Virus record (IMG/VR): IMGVR_UViG_3300044673_000097
Location: 21,380-85,379 of that record
DNA from: a virus
DNA: 64,000 bases
Direction: 5' to 3' (one strand)
Shown here: piece after piece, positions 56,829 to 64,000 of the stretch
Layout: every line of letters begins with the position of its first letter
Numbering within the stretch: position 1 is the stretch's first letter
Translations under genes and position numbers: made by a program
The notes under the pieces: model-generated
The model's input: only the letters and a program-made list of their open reading frames with translations
Database searches by the model: none
Told to the model about the DNA's origin: nothing

Positions 56829-57334
56829 ACGAGCAGGAAGTCTGGCTATCGGCTCGGAGCGCAGTGCTCCAGGCGATGATGACGACCGGGGGTTGGACCC
56901 CAGAGCACGCCCGGAGGGTGTGCAATCAGAAGGCTGACGAGGCGCTGGAGGACTTCCGTGAAAGATTCCCGCCCGCCGATCCCGGCCCCCGCGTCCCGTA
57001 TGAGGGCTGGTGCCAATTGGAGGCGATGGGGCACGAGTCGCATATCGGCTGGGTTCGTGACCTGCGCGAGACCCCAGCCAAGCTGGTCGAACTCGAGGTG
57101 CTGAAGGCCGACGGCACTCGGGGGCAGCGCAAGCGCTATGGCGCCGGGGCCATCTACTGTCTCACCGAGATCGACGAGGAATCCGCGCAGCACCTGGCGC
57201 GAGATGAAAGCAAGAACGTCTGCGCCGAGTGCAACAAGGCGTTCTGGAGTCGGCATTGGGCGCGCCTGTGCACGGAGTGCGAGTCGAAGCACGAGGCGAG
57301 CGAGGAGTGCCGGGAAGACGAGGGCATCTTCTGA
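56825..57334 (+). CDS. Hypothetical protein with C-terminal Zn finger
   Basis: W..LE.MGH...G and YG.GAIY motifs; CAEC...CTEC. Confidence 0.6.
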   Translation: MNEQEVWLSARSAVLQAMMTTGGWTPEHARRVCNQKADEALEDFRERFPPADPGPRVPYEGWCQLEAMGHESHIGWVRDLRETPAKLVELEVLKADGTRGQRKRYGAGAIYCLTEIDEESAQHLARDESKNVCAECNKAFWSRHWARLCTECESKHEASEECREDEGIF

Positions 57335-59628
57335 TGCGCCCGCCCGTCCTCCGCCTGTCGCTCGACGAGCTCGTCGTGGATTCCTTCGCCGGCGGGGGCG
57401 GGGCGTCCACGGGCATCGAGGCCGCGATTGGCAGGCCCGTCGATATCGCGATCAATCACAGCGCTGCAGCGATCGAGATGCACCGGCGCAATCACCCGGC
57501 CACGAAGCACTACCAGGAGGACGTGTGGCGGGTCGACCCTCGCGAGTCGTGCGGCGGGAGGCCTGTCGGATTGGCCTGGTTCAGCCCGGACTGCACCCAT
57601 TTCTCCAGGGCGAAGGGCACGCAGCCGGTACGCAAGACCATCCGCGGACTCGCCTGGGTCGTCATCCGCTGGGCCGAGGCCGTCCGCCCGCGCGTCATCA
57701 TGTTGGAGAACGTGGAGGAGTTCTGCTTCCCAGGGGACACCACGGTTCTCACCAAGCGCGGCATCGTTCCCATCGCGGACGTGCGTGTCGGCGATGAGGC
57801 GTGGACCCATAACGCCAGGTGGAAGCCGGTGACCGCCGTGGCCACGAGGAAAGCCGCGACCGTGCGCCTCAAGGGGTACGGAAACTCCATTGTGGAGACG
57901 ACTCCCAACCATCAGTTCTACGCGCGCGAGTACGCACCGAAGATCACCAAGAGTGGGAAGTTTGGTCGGCATGAACCACGGCTGCTGGAGCCGCATTGGG
58001 TGCGCGCAGATGAATTGGCCGACGTGGATGCTGCGTCCACGTACAGCGCCAACTACTCCGGCTTTGCTTGGGCGACCCCGATCGAACTGCCTCGATATTG
58101 GATGCGATTGCCGGCCGCTGTTGGGGTGGACGTAGAAGCCCCTGCGTTCTTCTACATGCTCGGTCGCTGGGTGGGTGACGGATGGATCCGGAAACGAAAG
58201 GACCGGCAGAACCTCGTTCGTATCTGCGAGGAATCCGGTTCGAAGGCTGACCTTCTAGAGGAGCGGCTCGCTGAAACAGGGCTGACGTGGCACAGGTCTC
58301 GCCACACGGAGAGCGTTGACGTGTTCGACCTGTCCGCCGAGCAGTCTCGACGCCTCCTCACGTGGCTGACCCGTCACTTCGGGCAATATGCGCACAAGAA
58401 GACGATCCCGGCCTGGCTATTCGGAGCATCGGACGCTCAACGAGAAGCCTTCATCGCCGGCTATGTCGATGCAGACGGCCATCAGCAAAGCGAGGGGCGC
58501 TGCGCCGTGGTCAGCGTGTCGCGGTGTCTGGCGGTAGGCGTTCGGCTGCTCCTGCATTCTCTTGGGCGCCTCGCAAGCATCAGCAGTATTCCAGCGCGCT
58601 CCGCCGCCAGCGTTTCTGGAGAACGCCAGATGCAGTGTCGTCAAGCGTACACCGTATCGTGGAGAAAAGGCGGCGAGCCCGACAAGGCGCACCTTTCGGA
58701 GCTTCACGCATGGGGGCGCGTGCGGGAGGTGTCTCCAGGCCGAGATTGCGTCGATGTTTTCGACATTACAGTGGCCGACGATCACAGCTTCATTGCAGAT
58801 GGTCAGGTTGTGCACAACTGCACATGGGGGCCTGTTGTCGACGGCAGGCCGGATCCCACCCGCGCCGGCAAGACGTTTCGGGCATGGTCGCGCAAGCTTC
58901 GGTCGCTCGGCTATGACGTGGAGTTCCGCACGCTCGTCGCTGCGGACTACGGCACGCCCACCACGCGACGCCGGCTGTTCATGGTCGCACGATGCGATGG
59001 GCAGGCAATCCAGTGGCCCGAGGCGACGCATGGGCGAGGGACCGGGCGGGCGTGGGTCCCGGCATCGGAGATCATTGATTGGAGTCTTCCAGCGCAGAGT
59101 GTCTACAATCGCCCGCGCCCGCTCGCTGCGGCGACCATGGCTCGGGTCGAAGAGGGAATCCGCCGGCACGTGGTGGAAGCGTTGCGGCCGATGGTGCGCC
59201 AGACCGAGCTCGGGTTCGAGGCGCCCATCATCACGAAGCATTACGGCGGCGTCATCGGACACCCGCTCGACCGCCCGCTGGGCACCGTGACGGGTCAGGA
59301 TCACCACGCGCTGACGACGGCCTTTCTGATCAAATACTATGGCACCGGCTCGACGCAGGGCGTAGACGGGCCATTGCACACCGTCACTTCGAAGGCTCGC
59401 TTTGGGCTGGTGCAAGTGTACGGGGAGCCGTACCGGATTGCCGATGCGACTATGCGGATGCTGGCGCCGTCCGAACTCTTCGCGGCGCAAGGATTCCCGC
59501 GTGGCTACCAGATGACCGGGACCAAGACGCAGCAGATCTCGCTCGCGGGGAACAGCGTTTGCCCTCAGGTCGCCGAAGCGATCGTGCGCGCCAACGTCGT
59601 CGAGAATGAGCAGAGGAGGACCGCATGA
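57334..59628 (+). CDS. C5-cytosine DNA methyltransferase containing an intein
   Basis: FAGGGG, SPDCTHFS, ENV, YGTPTTRRRLF, AQGFP and GNSV motifs. Confidence 0.9.
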   Translation: MRPPVLRLSLDELVVDSFAGGGGASTGIEAAIGRPVDIAINHSAAAIEMHRRNHPATKHYQEDVWRVDPRESCGGRPVGLAWFSPDCTHFSRAKGTQPVRKTIRGLAWVVIRWAEAVRPRVIMLENVEEFCFPGDTTVLTKRGIVPIADVRVGDEAWTHNARWKPVTAVATRKAATVRLKGYGNSIVETTPNHQFYAREYAPKITKSGKFGRHEPRLLEPHWVRADELADVDAASTYSANYSGFAWATPIELPRYWMRLPAAVGVDVEAPAFFYMLGRWVGDGWIRKRKDRQNLVRICEESGSKADLLEERLAETGLTWHRSRHTESVDVFDLSAEQSRRLLTWLTRHFGQYAHKKTIPAWLFGASDAQREAFIAGYVDADGHQQSEGRCAVVSVSRCLAVGVRLLLHSLGRLASISSIPARSAASVSGERQMQCRQAYTVSWRKGGEPDKAHLSELHAWGRVREVSPGRDCVDVFDITVADDHSFIADGQVVHNCTWGPVVDGRPDPTRAGKTFRAWSRKLRSLGYDVEFRTLVAADYGTPTTRRRLFMVARCDGQAIQWPEATHGRGTGRAWVPASEIIDWSLPAQSVYNRPRPLAAATMARVEEGIRRHVVEALRPMVRQTELGFEAPIITKHYGGVIGHPLDRPLGTVTGQDHHALTTAFLIKYYGTGSTQGVDGPLHTVTSKARFGLVQVYGEPYRIADATMRMLAPSELFAAQGFPRGYQMTGTKTQQISLAGNSVCPQVAEAIVRANVVENEQRRTA
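57724..58818 (+). mobile_element. Intein with LAGLIDADG homing endonuclease (365 aa)
   Basis: Starts CFPGDT, ends FIADGQVVHN followed by Cys; block B TTPNHQFY; LGRWVGDG and FIAGYVDADG. Confidence 0.92.
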
Positions 59629-61184
59629 CGATCAAGGGACAAGACCCGCCCCGCGAATGGGAACTCTACAAGGTGTATGACGGCGGAGGGCATGAAGAGG
59701 CGGAACCGGCCGACCTCTCCCGCGCGGGGTATGTGCCCGCGCCCGAGCGTGTCGCAGAGCCGCTCGGATACGTGCTTGCGCACCCGGACGGGGAGATATG
59801 GCACCGCAGCGACACGGACATCCGGCTGCACCGTCACGCGTCGCCGAATGGGATCCCGGTCTACACGCGCGCCCAGCCGTGCGTCGAGGCGAGCGGGGAG
59901 GCGGTGGGGTATGTGGCCGCTGCGATTATCCAGGACGCGCGCGACGGCACCCTGATTAGCGCTGGCCTGCACGGAGAGGCCGACAAGACATTCGACACGC
60001 CCCTCTACCTCCACCCCCAGCCGTGCGGGGAGTGCGTCCGTCACGCTGTCGAGATCGCGAGCAAGGACGACGTGATCGACAGGCACGCGAATCGGCTGAA
60101 CGAACTGGGGGACACGCTGCACGAGGTGCATCAGGAACTGCTCGCCGCAGTCGGCAGCGTGTCCCCGACGACGGTTGAGCTTGCCAAGTACGCGGGCTAT
60201 CGGGTGAGGGAATTGGCGGGCATGGTCGACCGGCTCACGGAGCGCTGGCAATCGGCGTGCGTCGCCCTGGATTCGGTCGGGTTGGAGGCCATGCAGATCC
60301 CGGACGGCATTCGCAAGCTCGCGATGCAGCGGGACACGCTGAAGATCGAACGCGACGCCGCCGAAAAGCAACGGCTGGAATTCGAGGCTCGCGCGAATCG
60401 AATCGAGGCGGGATCGAATGCAGCCGGTCGCCGCAAGGAAGTGGCGAAAGCGCTCGGGCTCCAGCGTTCCGGTGGTGCCGATGCACCGATCTGGCCGCTT
60501 CTCATCACGGAGATCGAGCGCCTCAAGTCGGAGCATGAATCCGCCACCGCCCGCGCGGAGAAGGCGTCGAGTGAGCACGAGGCAACGCGGCAGGCAATCC
60601 TTGACCACATCGGAGTCGGCCCGTCGCATCGTTCAGCGGACACGTGGCCTTGGTCGCGCATCGTGGAGCACGTCGGCTACCTGATTCGCCAGATGAACGC
60701 GAACCGCGAGGAAGAACAGGCGGCAATCGTCAAGTGCGTCGAATTGACAGCCCGCGCGGAGAAGGCGGAACGGGAACGGGACGACGAGCGGTCCCGCGCG
60801 GACCGGCTCGCTTCTGCCATCGAGCATTGCTGGAGCTTCCTGCGCAAGGCCACGGACCGTATGGGAATCGCAGACGCCGTGCGCGAAGTGTCGGACCGCG
60901 CCGAATCCGCCGAAGCAGAATGCGAAGACCTGCGCCCCGTGGTGGAGGCGGCGCGCACGTTCGCGGCTGCGTATGTCCGCGTGGGGCAGGACACCGAGCC
61001 GCATTCGACGAACGTGGAGACGGCGGCGCTGGTGCAGGCAGTCCGAGCGCTGGACGGCGCCGAGCCCGTGCGTGAGTGCAGGACGTGCCGGCACTATCGC
61101 ACCCCGGTGAACAAGACGCCGTGCGATTGCTGCTGCGACCACGAGCACGACATGTGGAGCCCCCGCCCGGAGGTGAAGCCGTGA
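59625..61184 (+). CDS. Mosaic coiled-coil phage protein
   Basis: 519 aa; repeated EP(V/L)GY...P(V/L)Y modules, coiled coils, C-terminal CxxC. Confidence 0.6.
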   Translation: MTIKGQDPPREWELYKVYDGGGHEEAEPADLSRAGYVPAPERVAEPLGYVLAHPDGEIWHRSDTDIRLHRHASPNGIPVYTRAQPCVEASGEAVGYVAAAIIQDARDGTLISAGLHGEADKTFDTPLYLHPQPCGECVRHAVEIASKDDVIDRHANRLNELGDTLHEVHQELLAAVGSVSPTTVELAKYAGYRVRELAGMVDRLTERWQSACVALDSVGLEAMQIPDGIRKLAMQRDTLKIERDAAEKQRLEFEARANRIEAGSNAAGRRKEVAKALGLQRSGGADAPIWPLLITEIERLKSEHESATARAEKASSEHEATRQAILDHIGVGPSHRSADTWPWSRIVEHVGYLIRQMNANREEEQAAIVKCVELTARAEKAERERDDERSRADRLASAIEHCWSFLRKATDRMGIADAVREVSDRAESAEAECEDLRPVVEAARTFAAAYVRVGQDTEPHSTNVETAALVQAVRALDGAEPVRECRTCRHYRTPVNKTPCDCCCDHEHDMWSPRPEVKP

Positions 61185-61827
61185 GCGGGCTTATGGATCC
61201 CACGACGCGAGCTGGCCACCGTTGGCTCAACGCCACAATGCACGCGCTTTGCAGCCAGAAGATCGGGCACTTCACCTGCGGGATGTGGCTCGCCCGCGAT
61301 TCGTGGCGCGCGCGGAACATCGTCAACCGAAACGCGGTCAGGCTGCAGAAAGAGCGTGCTGATGCAGCCCTCGCCCGCGTGGCGGAGTTGGAGGGGGAGG
61401 TTGCCCTGTATCACAAGCGTGTCGAGGAACTGGAGCGCAGCGAGGCGGCCCTCGCGCGAGCGCTGAAGGGAGCGGGACGATGACACCGAAGGAGATTGCG
61501 GAAGCCTACACTGGTGCTTGGGCGATTCGTGGCTCTGAACTCGACGCACGAGATGTACTAGCCCTCGCCCGCGCCTATCTCGACCTGCTCGCGGCATCGG
61601 AGCAGGCCCGCACCGAAGGCTACCGCGCCGGGGTGGAGGCGGGGACGCAGAGGGCGATTGCTGCGTGCGAGGCGTACTCCGACCGATATCGCGACGTTGT
61701 CAGGAAAGGGCTGCCACAGCACGGATACGACGCAACGACGGCGTGGGGTGCAGCGGAGGATATCGCCGCCGCCCTCCGTGCCCCAGCAGACTCAGATTCC
61801 GGCGAGAGCCGGGGAAAGCAGGGATAG

Positions 61828-62082
61828 ATGATTCAGGCAAAGTTTCGTGTTACGTCAGTTGACCGAGTATCGACCTGCAGCGCATCGGGCGAATATGCCA
61901 ACGCGGTCGAGAAGGTGATGATGAGCGCCGTCACCGGCAAGAGCGAGGCGAACAAGCGCTGGTCGAAGTACACGCCGAATGGGCAGCTCACGATGCAGAT
62001 CGACAACCCCGAGGCGATGGGGCAGCTCAAGCCGGGCCAGTGCTACCGGCTGGACTTCAACGAGGCCGGCGAGGACGACTGA
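61828..62082 (+). CDS. Conserved-looking small phage protein
   Basis: AKF.V, N..WSKYTP.G.L.M.IDNP.A...PG..Y.LDF motif. Confidence 0.65.
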   Translation: MIQAKFRVTSVDRVSTCSASGEYANAVEKVMMSAVTGKSEANKRWSKYTPNGQLTMQIDNPEAMGQLKPGQCYRLDFNEAGEDD

Positions 62083-62331
62083 CGCAGCGCCATTGCCCCG
62101 GCCGGTGTGACAGCCGACCGGGGCGCCAAGGAGGATTGTGATGAACGTTACGATTTGGATGCTCGCGTTCTGCACCGCCGTCGGGTGGGCCCTAACCGAA
62201 CGGTGGTTACGGCAGAGAACACAGGAGCGCGTGGACGAATTGGAGAAGTCGATCGCGCGTTCGGTTGCAGACCTCGAAACAATCGTGGACGCCGCGGAGA
62301 AAGCCCCAGCAGACGGCGGGGAGGAGGGGTG

Positions 62332-62604
62332 ATGCTGCACGAGCTGAAAACGTGGCCGTGGCCGTTTCAAGCCATGAAGCGCGGCGAAAAGACCTTCGAG
62401 ATTCGCAAGGACGATCGTGGATACGCCGTGGGCGACACGCTGCACCTGCGCGAATGGGATCCCGACACGAAGGAATACAGCGGCGACACGCTCGACCGAG
62501 TGGTGACCTACCTCGTCCACGGTCCCGCGTGGAAGCTGCCGCGGGACATGGTCGTGATGTCCGTAGCCCCCACCCCACCCGCCGCGGAAGGGGGCGAGAG
62601 ATGA
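62332..62604 (+). CDS. ASCH/DUF3850-domain protein
   Basis: HELKTWP..F.A...G.KTFEIRK.DRGY.VGD.L.LREW. Confidence 0.85.
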   Translation: MLHELKTWPWPFQAMKRGEKTFEIRKDDRGYAVGDTLHLREWDPDTKEYSGDTLDRVVTYLVHGPAWKLPRDMVVMSVAPTPPAAEGGER

Positions 62605-64000
62605 TCTGCGAATCCTGCAACACCGAATTGTTCCGAGGCGTGTGCCCATCGTGCGACCTGTACGATGCAGCCGTGGCGGCACAACGGGCTGCAGCGGAAT
62701 GGATCGCGCGCTCGAAGAATCCACGCGCCGAGCGTGCGTGGCTCAACCAGTACGGCGTATTCGCGTTCGTCGACGGTGTGGCGGCGCAACTGGCATCGGC
62801 CGAAGAGGCCGCTCCGTTCGCCGCGCTGACCACACAGGCCCGACAGGTGCGCGTGTTCGGATTCGGGAAGACCGAAGGGAGGGGGTGATGGGAGATCGAC
62901 GCAAGCTGACTCCGATGCAGGCGATGGTAATGCTCGCGGTGCTCGGCATGACGTTGCCCGATCGAGAGAAGCGCGATGGCATCGACTGCGACCGATTCAA
63001 GCGCGGGAAGCCGAGTGGCGATTGCCAGGGTGATGGGCACTACCAGTGCCGAGAATGCACCGAGCACGAGAAGTCCCCCTCGGCGGGGGAGGGGGAGGGG
63101 TGATGAGCTACTGCCGATGGTCCGACGATTCGGACGTGTACGTGTACGATGACATCTGCGGCGCTATCGCCTGCCGCGAGTGCATTCTGCTTGGACGCTC
63201 GCAGTATTTCGAGTCCAGGGCAGATGCAGTCGCCCACCTTCGCGCCCACGAAGATGCGGGCCACAAGGTGCCGGACGGAGTCATCGAGGAAATCGAATCG
63301 GACGCTGCGCGGTTCGGTGACGATGCCGATTGCTGGGAGGGGAAGTGATGGGCCTAGATGTGTACTACTTGCGAGTCGGGCGATTCCAGCAGCAGCGCGT
63401 CCGAATCGGTGACACCATCTGCGACCTGCGCAGAGCCTCTCGGATTCTGGCCGGGGTCGAGCAGGCCCTCTACACCGCAATATCCGAATCCGGGCAGGGG
63501 AAGTGCCTCAAGTGTGGGCGAATCTGCGAACGTAGCAGCTTGATGCACCGAGCGATGTCCGCTGGCGAGGCGTGCCATTGCCCCGACTGCGAAGGCGTCT
63601 TGATGCCGTTGCCTGTGGAGAATGAACCATGATTGAATTGACCTGCACGCAGCCGCACGAGAGCGAACTTGCGTGGCTTGAGGCGTATCGGTGGGACCGC
63701 AAGATGGCGCACGCCGAACTGTGCCGAGCCGTCGAGCGCATCATGACGGCGCCGGATTGGCGCGAGGCCCGTCGAGGGTTCGATGATATTCAGGCGCTCC
63801 AGGGACCAATCATGACGATCGCCACGATGCACCAGATGGCTGTGAAGGTGATGTCGCGAATGATTCCAGAAGTCACCATCGACCCCGTCGAAGGAATCAA
63901 GGTGAAGTCGCCATGACCCGCTACCTCCTCATCACCCTGTGTCTCCTCACCTCCTGCGCCCCGCTCGGGTGGGCTGCGATCGCGGGGGTCGGGGTAGGGG

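Larger units (their letters stand above)
1..64000. mobile_element. Temperate myovirus-type prophage/phage segment (Mu-like tail, lambda-like immunity and replication layout); extends beyond both window ends
   Basis: Continuous phage gene order (terminase, portal, capsid, sheath, tape measure, baseplate; CI/Cro; replication; recombination) with no host housekeeping genes. Confidence 0.95.

Overview
The whole window is one high-GC temperate (pro)phage with a contractile tail. The Asp/Ala/Pro-linker, Cys-rich lipoproteins suggest a Myxococcota-like host (inference). On the minus strand from about 28.1 kb leftwards lie packaging, head and Mu-like myovirus tail genes. From about 49.2 kb leftwards is an early/middle operon: Cro, Bro antirepressor, CII-like protein, replication initiator with iterons, primase, DnaB, RuvC and many small ORFs. 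A lambda-like immunity switch sits at about 49.3 kb (CI plus lysogen lipoproteins). A plus-strand early operon from about 51.8 kb encodes YqaJ exonuclease, an annealing protein, an SSB-like protein and an intein-containing C5 methyltransferase. No integrase, att site or lysis cassette is recognisable inside the window. The standout is a compact CRISPR-like module at about 29.7-32.65 kb. It has an AsCas12f1-like protein whose RuvC-I Asp and RuvC-II Glu are replaced (likely nuclease-dead), a translationally coupled partner gene, two different degenerate mini-arrays (one on each side), a candidate tracr-like RNA, no cas1/cas2, and a promoter carrying a copy of the phage immunity-region operator motif. 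Two long, highly structured non-coding regions (28.13-28.55 kb and 56.05-56.50 kb) and a head ORF with nested in-frame starts are also notable. All calls come from reading motifs by eye; no database searches were run.
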